Made by a program: the position numbers and the translations under genes
Part shown: piece after piece, positions 1-10,048 of the stretch
Layout of the letters: every line of letters begins with the position of its first letter
Numbering within the stretch: position 1 is the first letter of the stretch
Notes under the pieces: model-generated
Seen by the model: the letters and a program-made list of their open reading frames with translations, nothing else
Database searches by the model: none
Told to the model about the DNA's origin: nothing
DNA from: Nitrospirota bacterium
GTDB taxonomy: Bacteria; Nitrospirota; UBA9217
DNA: 64,000 nucleotides
Assembly (NCBI GenBank): GCA_963818475.1
Contig: CAWFSF010000005.1
Coordinates: forward strand, 672,001 to 736,000
Direction of reading: 5' to 3'

Positions 1-862
1 AAAGTGCGCGCCGAGGCCGGGGAAAAGAGCTGGTTCCAGCGCTTTTTTGTTCCGCTGCATATCAAGCTGCCGCTTGAAGCGATCGGCATTCTGTTCATTG
101 CCGTGACCGCCCTGTTCATCTACCAGAACAGGGAGCCCTCCATGAAGGCGTCGAGCCCGCCGCTGCAGGAGCAGACACCCGGCAAGGAACAGCCGCCTGT
201 TTTTGCGAAGAACGATGAACTTAAATCAGCGGAACCTTCGCTTCGTTCAAAGGCTCTGCCACAGTCGCCGGGATATAAGGCTTTGGACATGAAGCAGGAA
301 TACGAAAAGCCTCCGCAGCCGATGCTCGAGAGCCAGGCAGCGGCACCTGCGCCCTCACGCCCGGAACCAGCTGAGCAGCCTGCGCTCACGGGCTCTGCAG
401 AAAAAAAACTGGCTGACACAGCAGATAGCGAAAACTATCAGAGTTTCTTGAGCAAAGAAGAAGGCGGGCCGCGGGATGATGCAGGCACGAACCACGACTT
501 CCGCTGGGGCTGCGGAGGAGGCAACAGTGAAGGCAAAAAATGTTGCCCCTGCTGCACCGATTGCAGGCGTCCTCTCTTCGGATAAAACCATTCCCGTGAT
601 CATTGTCAAGGTGAAGGACTTGGAGGCGGCGGTTGCGGGAGTTGAAAAAGCGATCGCCCAGGTCAACGGCTCGATCGTAAGGAAGGAATCGCCTGGAGCA
701 AAGATCGTCTTCTTCGTAACGATCAAAGCACAGCGAGCCGCTGAACTTACCGGCAAGCTGAAGCTCCTCGGCGAGATCAAGGAACAGCCCGGTGACGGCT
801 GGCTTCAAAAAGAACCGGTGGAATTGCGGATAGAGATCACCGGGAAATCAGTAGGTTCCTGA
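1..862 (+). CDS. DUF2275/anti-sigma-like membrane protein, 5'-truncated by the window edge, one indel near 430-480
   Basis: ORF 4..585 has FFVPLHIKLPLEAIGILFIAVTALFIY (TM segment typical of DUF2275/zf-HC2 proteins); the reading frame continues in ORF 476..862 with a compact C-terminal domain. Confidence 0.55.
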
Positions 863-907
863 CACCCCCGTTCGCCCTCAGAAAAATTGACCATTTCACC
901 AAGATCA

Positions 908-937
908 GCAGGGGCGGGTTTTAAACCCGCCCCCTAC
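908..937. repeat. GTAG-family REP-like palindrome
   Basis: GCAGGGGCGGGTTTTAAACCCGCCCCCTAC; reverse strand begins GTAG; GC-rich stem. Confidence 0.75.
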
Positions 938-970
938 ATCCCCGTCCAGATGCCCTTTTTAAACTGATCG

Positions 971-1354
971 TTACAAACAGCCTTCCGTCAGCACCTCTTC
1001 GTCCTCCAGCCGCCAGGCAGGATCGACGATTGCAAGGAACACCAGGTCCGTCTTCCCGCTGTTCTGGATGAACTGTACTGCCATGGGCGGAATGTAGATC
1101 GTGGCGCCGGCCCGCACCAGGGCAGTCTCTTCGTCAATATGCACCACACCTTCACCCTCGATGATATAGTAGACCTCCGAGGTCTTGAGCCGGTGCGGTT
1201 TCGTGATATCGCCGGGATGCACGATGGCATGGGCCAGGCTGTATCCGAGCTTGAGGTCCATTTTGTCTGGGTGCAGGATCTCGCGCAGGACACAGCCGTC
1301 GCCGGAAATGAACTCTGCGCAATCCTTCAGGTTGCGGATCAGCATAGGTCGCAT
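971..1354 (-). CDS. cupin-domain protein
   Basis: Cupin motifs PHRLKTSEVYYIIEGEG and GATIYIPP; RBS (AGGAGG) upstream. Confidence 0.85.
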   Translation of the reverse strand: MRPMLIRNLKDCAEFISGDGCVLREILHPDKMDLKLGYSLAHAIVHPGDITKPHRLKTSEVYYIIEGEGVVHIDEETALVRAGATIYIPPMAVQFIQNSGKTDLVFLAIVDPAWRLEDEEVLTEGCL

Positions 1355-1373
1355 GACCTCCTAATTGAAATTG

Positions 1374-1403
1374 GCAGGGGCGGGTTTAAAACCCGCCTCC
1401 TAC
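1374..1403. repeat. GTAG-family REP-like palindrome, second copy
   Basis: GCAGGGGCGGGTTTAAAACCCGCCTCCTAC, near-identical to 908..937. Confidence 0.75.
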
Positions 1404-1550
1404 GCTGGACGTGGTGCAAAAAAGCATATCATCGCGAATGGGTACTGTCAATCCGAATGCAGGCCAGAACGACCTTGACGCGCCGCATTGGTTGCAGTAC
1501 TATGTGCCACAAATCGCATGTCCCGGACAAATCGGAACCCAATCAATGGA

Positions 1551-1648
1551 ACCGCGAGGGCGCAAGGGTCGCGGAGGAAACCTGCAGACCATGCATAAAA
1601 GCATATTCTCTGTTGCTGAAGCCCTCGCGTACTTCGCGCCCTCGCGGT
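1551..1648. repeat. periodic (8-9 bp) inverted-repeat element
   Basis: Left arm ACCGCGAGGGCGCAAGGGTCGCGGAGG; reverse complement of right arm ACCGCGAGGGCGCGAAGTACGCGAGGG; ~45 bp spacer. Confidence 0.75.
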
Positions 1649-1686
1649 AAAATTTTTTAATTGTTTTTTCATTTGACTCTTAACTT

Positions 1687-2475
1687 ATGAATATCGACGA
1701 TCTGAACGCCCTCAAAGCCTGGTTCTCGGAGTACTGCGACTCTTTTTCAACCTCTTGCAATGATGACCAGAGGAACTTCGACGTCAAACGGAAACATACG
1801 GACAACGTCTGCTCCAACATGCTCCTGATCGCGCAGGACCTGGAACTCGACGACCACCGGACCATCGTTGCCGAGTCTGTCGCCCTGTTCCACGATATCG
1901 GCAGGTTCCCCCAGTACCGGCAGTACAAGACCTTTCAGGACAGCATCTCGGTGAACCATGCCGCGCTCGGCGCGAAAGTGCTGATCGAGAGCTCGGCGCT
2001 CCTTAACCTGCCGAAAGGGGATCAAGACCTGATCGTCCGTGCCGTGACCCTGCACAATGTGCTGGCCATTCCCGGGGAGCTTGACCGGGACCTGCTGCAG
2101 CTGGTAAAAATGGTCCGCGATGCTGATAAGCTCGATATCTGGCAGGTTTTCCTCGACTACTGCGGCCAGCCGGCGAAGGACAAACCGACTGCCGTGGGCC
2201 TCGGCCTGCCGGACATCCCGGAATATTCCCCGGAGGTCCTGAAGCAATTGCACCAACACAAACTGGTGCTCCTGTCGTCCCTAAAAACGCTGACGGATTT
2301 CAAGCTGCTCCAGCTGGCCTGGATATTTGACCTTAATTTCGCCGCCTCGTTCAGGATCGCGGCACAGCGCCAGTATATTGACCGCTTTGCCCTGACCCTG
2401 CCCAAGACCGACGCTGTCGCCGATGCCGTGGATGCGGTCCGGGAATATTTGAACGAAAAGCTCAAAAATGGCTGA
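1687..2475 (+). CDS. HD-domain phosphohydrolase
   Basis: KRKHT...ALFHDIGRF...VRDADKLDI HD-superfamily motifs. Confidence 0.85.
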   Translation: MNIDDLNALKAWFSEYCDSFSTSCNDDQRNFDVKRKHTDNVCSNMLLIAQDLELDDHRTIVAESVALFHDIGRFPQYRQYKTFQDSISVNHAALGAKVLIESSALLNLPKGDQDLIVRAVTLHNVLAIPGELDRDLLQLVKMVRDADKLDIWQVFLDYCGQPAKDKPTAVGLGLPDIPEYSPEVLKQLHQHKLVLLSSLKTLTDFKLLQLAWIFDLNFAASFRIAAQRQYIDRFALTLPKTDAVADAVDAVREYLNEKLKNG

Positions 2476-2566
2476 TTTTTTCGCCCGAGGCAATAATTCG
2501 CTTTACTCAGGAACACCTTTTTTGGTAATATGATCTGTTTTTAAAGCAGAAGGGCGGGAATATTTT

Positions 2567-2667
2567 GCCACGAAGGCACTAAGACACGAAGTACGGCTTT
2601 AATCTGATCATTAAAACAGAACCTTAAACAGTTTTTGGTGTTCTTAGTGCCTTCGTGACTTCGTGGC
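2567..2667. repeat. periodic (8 bp) inverted-repeat element, homologous to 31030..31128
   Basis: GCCACGAAG-GCACTAAG-ACACGAAG ... CTTAGTGC-CTTCGTGA-CTTCGTGGC; 2558..2597 is identical to 31021..31060. Confidence 0.85.
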
Positions 2668-2705
2668 TAAGTTGGTTTCGGTTTTTACCGGATTAGGGGC
2701 AGACC

Positions 2706-4007
2706 ATGAGAAATAACATTGTTTCACTCGGCGCCGATGAGCTGAAATACGAGATCCGCGAGATCGTTGCCGTTGCCAAGGAGTTCGGCAAGCTCGGCGT
2801 CGAGATCATGTGGGAGAACATCGGCGACCCCGTCCAGAAGGGTGAAAAGATCCCCGACTGGATCAAGGAGATCATCGTCGAGGCGAACCGCGAGGACGCT
2901 TCCTACGCCTATTCACCCACCAAAGGCCTTGAGACTACACGCGAATTCCTGGCGCAGCGGGCGAACAAGAACGGCAGCGTTCAGATCACGAAAGAGGACA
3001 TCATCTTCTTCAACGGCCTGGGCGACGCCATCAGCAAGATTTACGGCCAGCTCAGGAAGGAATACCGCGTGATCGGGCCGAGCCCGGCCTACAGCACCCA
3101 CTCCTCAGCCGAGGCCTCGCATGCCGGCGCCGAATACATCTCGTACAACCTGGACCCGAAGAACCTCTGGTATCCGGACCTGAACGACCTGCGCATGAAG
3201 GTGAAGTACAATCCCGCGATCTCGGGCATCCTCATCATCAATCCCGACAACCCCACGGGCGCGGTCTACCCCAAGGAAGTGCTGCAGGAGATCGTAGCAA
3301 TCGCGCGGGAATACGACCTGTTCGTGGTCTGCGACGAGATCTACACCAATATGGCCTATAACGGAAAAAAAGCCGTGCCGCTGGCGGAAGTGATCGGCGA
3401 TGTCTGCGGCATCTCCATGAAGGGCATTTCCAAGGAACTTCCCTGGCCCGGTTCGCGCTGCGGCTGGATCGAGGTCTACAACCAGAAGAACGACGCCGTA
3501 TTCGCGAAGTACGTGAAGAGCATCCTGGACAACAAAATGCTCGAGGTGTGCTCAACCACGCTGCCGCAGACCGTGATCCCGAAGATCTTCAGCGACAAGA
3601 GGTTCCCGGCCCACGTTGCGGAGCGGAACAAGAAATATGAATGGCGCTCCAATACCGCCTATGACCGGCTTAAGGACATCAAGGGCATCGTGGTGAACCG
3701 GACGAACGGCGCGTTCTATATGACCGTGATGTTCGAGGAAGGTGTGTTGAACGGCAACCAGTTGCTGCCGGTAAAGGACAAAGCAGTCAAGGGGCTGGTC
3801 GAGAAGATCACCGATGGCGTTGCGCTCGACAAACGGTTCGTCTATTACCTGCTCGCGACCACCGGCATCTGCGTGGTTCCGCTCACGGGCTTTAACTGCA
3901 ACCTCAAGGGCTTTCGGATCACGCTGCTCGAGAATGATGAAGCAAAGTTCGACGTGATCTTCAAGACCATCCGTGAAAAGATCCTTGAGTATTTGAAGAG
4001 CGCGTAA
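2706..4007 (+). CDS. PLP-dependent aminotransferase class I/II (AlaA/YfbQ-like)
   Basis: ENIGDP, INPDNPTGAVY, DEIY, KGISKELPWPGSRCGW motifs. Confidence 0.85.
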   Translation: MRNNIVSLGADELKYEIREIVAVAKEFGKLGVEIMWENIGDPVQKGEKIPDWIKEIIVEANREDASYAYSPTKGLETTREFLAQRANKNGSVQITKEDIIFFNGLGDAISKIYGQLRKEYRVIGPSPAYSTHSSAEASHAGAEYISYNLDPKNLWYPDLNDLRMKVKYNPAISGILIINPDNPTGAVYPKEVLQEIVAIAREYDLFVVCDEIYTNMAYNGKKAVPLAEVIGDVCGISMKGISKELPWPGSRCGWIEVYNQKNDAVFAKYVKSILDNKMLEVCSTTLPQTVIPKIFSDKRFPAHVAERNKKYEWRSNTAYDRLKDIKGIVVNRTNGAFYMTVMFEEGVLNGNQLLPVKDKAVKGLVEKITDGVALDKRFVYYLLATTGICVVPLTGFNCNLKGFRITLLENDEAKFDVIFKTIREKILEYLKSA

Positions 4008-4026
4008 GTTCCACCTCTGCAGAAAT

Positions 4027-4059
4027 AAAAAGCCGCTGGATAATTCCAGCGGCTTTTTT
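4027..4059 (+). terminator. intrinsic terminator
   Basis: AAAAAGCCGCTGGA-TAAT-TCCAGCGGCTTTTTT. Confidence 0.85.
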
Positions 4060-4152
4060 CATTGCAGCCGACCAGTTTGTTAGGAAGTACTACATAAGCA
4101 GATGCTCATACTACCATAGTAGCTTACAAAGAACTGCGCCCTCCCCTCAATC

Positions 4153-4181
4153 TTTACAAGCATAACTTGCAGAGTTATAAT
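4153..4181 (+). promoter_or_regulatory. sigma70-like promoter
   Basis: TTTACA-N17-TATAAT upstream of the 4261 ORF. Confidence 0.55.
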
Positions 4182-4260
4182 TTGAGTAGAGATTAGTTAC
4201 TCCCATAAAGGAGGCGATGAAAGGGAGGTGCAATGCAATTACAGGAAGGAGGTGAGACAT

Positions 4261-4623
4261 ATGAAAAAGATCGGATTGATAGTGGCGGTAATATTCCTGA
4301 TACTTGCCGCTGGAGCAGTTTTCGGAGCTGAATATGCGACGGAGACGAAGGGTTGGGCCAGCGATCCTGACAGCCTGATCAACTTTCTCGACCCAAGTAA
4401 TGCACCTGCTCCCGTAGTTCCCCATAGAGGGCTCATGGGATTGACTGAGGAAGGATTGCCCGGTGCGAGAGGAGCTGCTGCAGGAGGACCGAGTGAGGTT
4501 CGGGACAGTCTGGTCAACTATCTTGACCCGAGCTATACGCCGGCAATACCGAAAAAATTAACGACCGGGGCATTGCGTTTCGACCCGGACAGCATGGTGC
4601 ACCAGACCTCACCCATTCAGTGA
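4261..4623 (+). CDS. small secreted hypothetical protein with internal DSLxN[FY]LDPS repeat
   Basis: Strong RBS AAGGAGGTGA; signal peptide MKKIGLIVAVIFLILAAGAVFGA; promoter upstream and terminator downstream. Confidence 0.7.
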   Translation: MKKIGLIVAVIFLILAAGAVFGAEYATETKGWASDPDSLINFLDPSNAPAPVVPHRGLMGLTEEGLPGARGAAAGGPSEVRDSLVNYLDPSYTPAIPKKLTTGALRFDPDSMVHQTSPIQ

Positions 4624-4682
4624 CAACAAAACAGGTTGGTTGGCGCGGCCTCTCGTTATCACGCGTGATGGACAGAGAGGCT

Positions 4683-4727
4683 AAAAAGCAGGTACTTCAG
4701 AGAAATTGAAGGATGCCTGCTTTTTTT
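4683..4727. terminator. probable bidirectional terminator
   Basis: AAAAAGCAGGTA...TGCCTGCTTTTTTT between convergent genes. Confidence 0.65.
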
Positions 4728-4775
4728 ATTGTCAGGCGATCCTGCTGGTAATTTTTAATTACAGCTTTTCGGGAA

Positions 4776-5405
4776 TCAGGGAAAGAGCGCGCCCTGCGTT
4801 ACGCCGTGGCTGGTTTCTGCGTCATACTCCTGCTGAGCCGCATTCAATTGAGCCATGATCTTGCTGCTCAGAGTCCGCACCTGCCTATCGCGATCGGCGC
4901 AGCTGAGGCTGCGTGGCAATTTAGCCACGGCGCCGGACAACTGTGCTACTGCATCCATTACCCGGTCGCGATGTCCCTGCTCATGCAGGGTGAGGTTCTT
5001 CATGTACCCGTCCCATTTGTCCACGAGCGGCTGGGGAGCCTCGCCGGTCCGCACCCATTTTGGAAATCGGGTTGTTAGTTCAAGGATAACCGAGAAATCT
5101 TCGCCTGAACAAGCTTGAGAAACAGCGTCCGTGCCGTAATCCCACGTCCAGTACCAGCTGGTGAGGGAGTCGTACGTCCTTCCGTCGTCCCAGGTGCAGC
5201 CCTTCTGGCACATCTGCTTCCGCAGTTCCTTTTCGCTGTTCCCCCTGATCTCATAATACTCATTTCTTTCTGTAATCTTGGGAGGGTTATATTTGCGGAG
5301 GGAGTGCTCTCTATCAATGCTTGCAAGTTCTACCCGGTCCTCAGCTGCAAATGCCGTTGCAGCAACGAACAAAAACAGGAGCGTAAATATATTTATTCTC
5401 TTCAT
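4776..5405 (-). CDS. DUF922-family secreted Zn-dependent protease
   Basis: Signal peptide; YYEIRG, HEQGH zinc motif, YDAETSHGVTQGA C-terminus. Confidence 0.8.
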   Translation of the reverse strand: MKRINIFTLLFLFVAATAFAAEDRVELASIDREHSLRKYNPPKITERNEYYEIRGNSEKELRKQMCQKGCTWDDGRTYDSLTSWYWTWDYGTDAVSQACSGEDFSVILELTTRFPKWVRTGEAPQPLVDKWDGYMKNLTLHEQGHRDRVMDAVAQLSGAVAKLPRSLSCADRDRQVRTLSSKIMAQLNAAQQEYDAETSHGVTQGALFP

Positions 5406-5807
5406 GCCTGAATCCCCTGCGGTGCTGTACATGCTGCCAGCTCCTTTCCGGTCATGCGCGGACGAGAGAGAAAGTCGAAACTGCGGCCGTGCATCGTATT
5501 CTTGCGGTTAAAAAATCTCACGGATCCTGAGAATAAGCGGAAAAACAGGAAGGAGTGGCCGTAAGACTATTTACCTACAAGATGGCTGCAATTTACGACT
5601 AAAGGCGTCAGTATTCAAGAGAAAAAATGACTAAAGTATCGTTTTTTTAAGGGGATAATGAAAGGTGGGAAAGGGGCAACAAACTACAATTTTATCAGTG
5701 GCTTTCGCTCACAGCAATACAACAATTTTGAGTGACGGTGAAACAGTGGCCGCATTGATTTACTGCGATTTTTTCAAATAACACGTTCATCTGTCTTTGC
5801 AGCAGGT

Positions 5808-6983
5808 TCATTCCGGCTGCGACTTCTCCTTCTTAAACTTCCGCGTCCCCTCATAGAGCTCATACTCCAGCAGCCGGCATTCGATGCCGCTGTTATAGAA
5901 CTGCAGGCTCCGCTTCGGCTTGAGGCTCACCTTCTTGGAGAGCGCGGGATTGCCCGTGAACACGTAGCCCATGAAGCCTCTGCACTTCTGCTTGAAGAAA
6001 TCGCCGATGCCTTTGTAGAGCACGGTGAGCTGCTCGATCTCTCCCATGCGCTCGCCGTAGGCCGGGTTCAGCACGATCACGCCCCCGCCGGTTGGCAGCG
6101 GCGTATCAGCGTAATCGCAGACGCTGAAATCGATCAGCTGCTCCACGCCTGCCGTGGCGGCGTTCCGCTTCGCCGCTTCGACGGCATTGGACTCGATGTC
6201 CGTTGCGATGATCCTGACGGACAGGGACTTTTTCATTTCCTTCTTTGCCTGGTCGCGCAGCTCGTTCCAGCGCGCTTCGTTGTATCCCTTGATATGCATG
6301 AACCCGAAGTTGTTCCGCAAGAGCCCCGGCGCGCGGTTCAGGCCGATGAGCGCCGCCTCGATGGCGAGCGTGCCGCTGCCGCACATGGGATTGATGAAGG
6401 AGTGTGCTTCCGTCCCAGCCCGTGGCGAGCACGACCGCTGCCGCGAGCGTCTCCTGCATGGGCGCTGCCAGCGGTATCTTCCGGTACCCGCGGCGGGACA
6501 GCGGTTCGCCCGAGGTGTCGATGTAGATCGAGCCGCGTTCGCCGTTCCAGTAGAGATGCACCACGGTCCGGTCGCGTTCAGGGCCGGAGTCGGGCCGCGT
6601 TCCCCGCTTGTCCTTGATCTTGTCCACGATCGCGTCCTTCAAGCGCAGCGTCGCGAAGCGCGAGTCCCTGATCGTCGGCGTGTCCACGCTGGAGGTGATG
6701 CAGACATAGCCGTCCTCGGCAATGAGCTCCTCCCAGGCGATGGAATAGGCGGCGCGGAAAAGCTCGTCCGGGGCGGCTGCCTGGAACTCCTTGAGCAGCA
6801 CCAGCACGCGGTGGCCGGTCCGCAGATGCAGGTTCAGGCGCATGGCGTCGTCCATGGTGCCTTCGGTCTCGACGCCGGAGATGACCTTCGGACAGAGACC
6901 GGGAACCCCAGGCTCACGATCTCCTGCTTCAGGATGGGCGGGATGCCCTTGGGAGCGGAGATGAAAATTCTGTGTTTTTGCAT
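5808..6983 (-). CDS. THUMP-domain class I SAM RNA methyltransferase (RlmL-like), with indels
   Basis: IDTSGEPLSRRGYR, APMQETLAAA, PMCGSGTLAIEAA, NPAYGER motifs split over frames. Confidence 0.85.
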
Positions 6984-7087
6984 GCGTCAGTATACGCTTC
7001 GCTGCGGCCCTTGTCCAGCTGAACAGCCTTTTTTGCCCTTGAATTAGGCATTTCATTCTGTTATGATGTCCGGGTTTAGGAGGCTGT

Positions 7088-7558
7088 GTGCAGAAGGCAG
7101 ATCTCACAACCAGGATCGTTGCGGGTTTTATCGACCTCCTCATCATCATCGGGCTTACGAGACTGCCCGATGTGATCGGTTTTCTGTCGGCATCGGGATA
7201 CCTGCTCATCCGGGACGGCCTGTTCGAACGCCAGAGCGTCGGGAAAAAACTGATCGGCCTGCGGGTCATATCGTCGGACGATCCTGAATTCGTTATCACC
7301 TACCGTGAATCGATCATCAGAAACGTTCCGCTGGTCATTGCCTACATCCTCTTTCTCATTCCCTATGCCGGCTGGATCCTCGGCCCCGCCGCCTTCGGCA
7401 TCGAGTGCCTGACCGCGCTCGGCGATGAGCGGGGGATGCGCATCGGCGACATGCTGGCACGGACCAGTGTCATTTCAAAAACGCCGACAGCCGCACCGGG
7501 CCAGCCTGCGGCTCCGGAAAAGACCGAACCGCCGTCCAGCCTTCAACAGGGCGGGTAA
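7088..7558 (+). CDS. RDD-family membrane protein
   Basis: RIVAGFIDL...QSVGKKLIGLRV...RIGDMLARTSV. Confidence 0.8.
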   Translation: MQKADLTTRIVAGFIDLLIIIGLTRLPDVIGFLSASGYLLIRDGLFERQSVGKKLIGLRVISSDDPEFVITYRESIIRNVPLVIAYILFLIPYAGWILGPAAFGIECLTALGDERGMRIGDMLARTSVISKTPTAAPGQPAAPEKTEPPSSLQQGG

Positions 7559-7688
7559 CACCGGTGGCTGTTAGCGCACGGTGAAGCGCATCCCGACCGC
7601 TCGCGTTTGACCATGACAACGTTTTGCACAGGATGCCTGCAGTATTCATCATAATATGATTTCGTTCTGAAAGGAGCACTCTCCAACA

Positions 7689-8716
7689 ATGTTTATCAAC
7701 ACTATCATGGGCTGGTTCTCGAACGACATGGCCATCGACCTCGGCACGGCCAACACCCTGGTCTACGTGCGCGGCAGGGGTATTGTCTGCAACGAACCAT
7801 CGGTGGTCGCCATATCGGTAAAGACCGGCAAGGTCCTTGCCGTGGGCATGGAGGCCAAACGGATGCTCGGCCGCACACCCGGCGACGTCAAGACCATCCG
7901 GCCCATCAAGGACGGCGTGATCTCGGACTTCGACATCACCGGCGAGATGCTCCGGTACTTTATCCGCAAGGTGCATAACCGGAAATCCTTTATGCGGCCC
8001 CGCATCGTCATCGGCGTGCCCTCGGGCATCACGCAGGTGGAGCAGCGCGCGGTCAAGGACGCGGCCCTCTCCTCGGGCGGCCGGGAAGTGTACCTGATCG
8101 AAGAGCCGGTTGCCGCGGCCATCGGCACGGGCCTGCCCATCTCGGAGCCCTCGGGCAACATGATCGTCGACGTGGGCGGCGGCACCACGGACATCGCCGT
8201 CATCTCCATGGACGGCGTGGTCTACAGCAAGGCCATCCGCGTGGGCGGCGACAAGATGGACGAGGCCATCATCAACTACATCAAGCGCAAATACAACCTG
8301 CTCATCGGCGAGATGATGTCCGAATCGATCAAGATGGAGCTCGGCTCGGCGTACAAGACCGACAATGAGCGCCACACCATGGAGATCAAGGGCCGCGATC
8401 TCGTGTCGGGCATCCCCAAGACCCTGATCCTGGACGACGATGAGGTGCGCGAAGCGCTGGCCGAACCCGTGAGCCAGATCATGAACGCCATCAAGCAGGC
8501 GCTGGAGAACACGCCGCCTGAACTGTCCGCCGACATCGTGGACAAGGGAATCGTGCTGGCCGGCGGCGGCGCGCTGCTCAAGGGGCTGGACGTCTACATC
8601 CGCGAGGAGACGTCGCTGCCGATCATCATAGCTGAAGACCCGCTCACCTGCGTTGCCATCGGCGCGGGCAAGGTGCTCGACGACCTCGATATTCTGAAAA
8701 AAGTCATGATGTGTAA
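7689..8716 (+). CDS. mreB: rod shape-determining protein MreB
   Basis: DMAIDLGTANT, IVDVGGGTTD, LAGGGALL; true stop probably the TAA at ~8714-8716, masked by an indel. Confidence 0.95.
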
Positions 8717-8730
8717 GAGGAAGGGCTCCG

Positions 8731-9539
8731 ATGCCCGGGTTTATCAGAAAGAACAAGCGGTCCGTCGTCATTCTCATCCTTTTCGCGTTCCTGTTCTGGC
8801 TCGTCACCATCCAGGTCAAGAACGGGCGGTTCCCGTTCATGGAAAAACCCGTGCTTGCCGTGGCGGGGTTCTTCGAGCGGATCATCGCCGCACCCTTCCG
8901 GTTCGTGGGATCGGTCGGTACCCGGTATGTTTACCTGGTGCGCACGGAGCGGGACAACGGATCGTCTCAAGCAGGAGCTGGTCCGGCTGCAGATCGAGAA
9001 TTCTGCCACGAACGAGCTCCTCACCGAAAACGAACGGCTGCGCGCCCTGCTCGCCTTCAAGAAGCAGAACCCGCCGACCGCCACTGCCGTGCAGATCATC
9101 GCCAAGGGCAACTGCGCCCGCGTCAAGCACGATCACCATCAACAAGGGTTCCGATGACGGGATCGAGAAGGACATGGCCGTGGTCGCCGAGGACGGCGTT
9201 GTCGGCAGGGTGCAGGCCGTGCTGCCGGGCACCGCGAAGGTCATCCTGCTCACCGACCCCGGAAGCACGCTGGCCGTCCGGGTGCAGCGGAACCGCGAAG
9301 AAGGCCTCCTGGAAGGCAAACTGGGCCTGTGCGCCCTGAAATACGTCTCCTTTTATGCCGACATCCAGGAAGGCGACCTGCTCGTCACCTCGGGCCTCGA
9401 CGGGCTGTTCCCCAAGGGACTGCCGGTTGCGACCGTGCTGCGCGTGACCAAACACGAAGCCAGCGCGTTCCAGACCGTGACGGCCCGGCCGATCGTCAGC
9501 TTCTCGCGCCTGGAGGAGGCGCTGGTACTCAGAAAATGA
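8731..9539 (+). CDS. mreC: rod shape-determining protein MreC (indels)
   Basis: N-terminal TM, coiled coil ENERLRALL, INKGSDDGI, GDLLVTSGLDGLFPKGLPV; position after mreB. Confidence 0.9.
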
Positions 9540-10048
9540 AACCCCGCTACTATCTTGGCCTCTTCCTGCTGATCATCCCTGTCCAGGCAAGCCTGCTTTC
9601 GCCGCTGTCGCTGGGAGGCATCGGGCCCGATCTGGCCCTGGCCCTGCTCTTTGTCATCGGCCTGCTGACCGGCCCCCGGGAAGCCGCGCTGGCAGGCATG
9701 GCGCTGGGGCTGCTGCAGGACGTGAGCGCAGCCAGCCTGATCGGGCTCACGGGCTTCACCCGCGGCCTCGTCGGCCTCGGCGCGGGGCTCCTGGGCCGCA
9801 GGATGTTCGACCTCACCAGCCCGTCGACCGTGCTTTTTTTAACCGCCTTCAGCCTTGCCGAAGGCATCTTCATCGCCATCCTGCTCCAGTTGTTCTACGG
9901 GTCCGTCCCCTTCTGGAACCTGCTGTTCACCCGCCTGATCCCCCAGGCGCTCTATACCGGGCTGCTCGGGTATTTTCTGCTGCAGCCCCTCAGGAACCGG
10001 AAGGTCGTCCTCGCATTGAAGCGGCGCGTCATTCAGAGGGAGTTGTAA
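9536..10048 (+). CDS. mreD: rod shape-determining protein MreD
   Basis: Hydrophobic, PDLAL...GLLQD motif; ATGA overlap with mreC. Confidence 0.85.
   Translation: MKPRYYLGLFLLIIPVQASLLSPLSLGGIGPDLALALLFVIGLLTGPREAALAGMALGLLQDVSAASLIGLTGFTRGLVGLGAGLLGRRMFDLTSPSTVLFLTAFSLAEGIFIAILLQLFYGSVPFWNLLFTRLIPQALYTGLLGYFLLQPLRNRKVVLALKRRVIQREL

Noticed and set aside
1411-1672. Small ORFs between the cupin and HD genes
   Set aside because: They overlap the periodic repeat element and lack an RBS or recognisable motifs.
5433-5807. Riboswitch or sRNA in long AT-rich intergenic regions (also 15720..15990, 20115..20410, 56460..56840)
   Set aside because: No recognisable aptamer consensus by eye; an Infernal/Rfam scan would be needed to exclude one.
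7689-9539. 616-aa apparent MreB-MreC fusion ORF
   Set aside because: The MreC N-terminus lies in another frame with its own start (8731) and the joining segment is not protein-like; best explained by indel errors.
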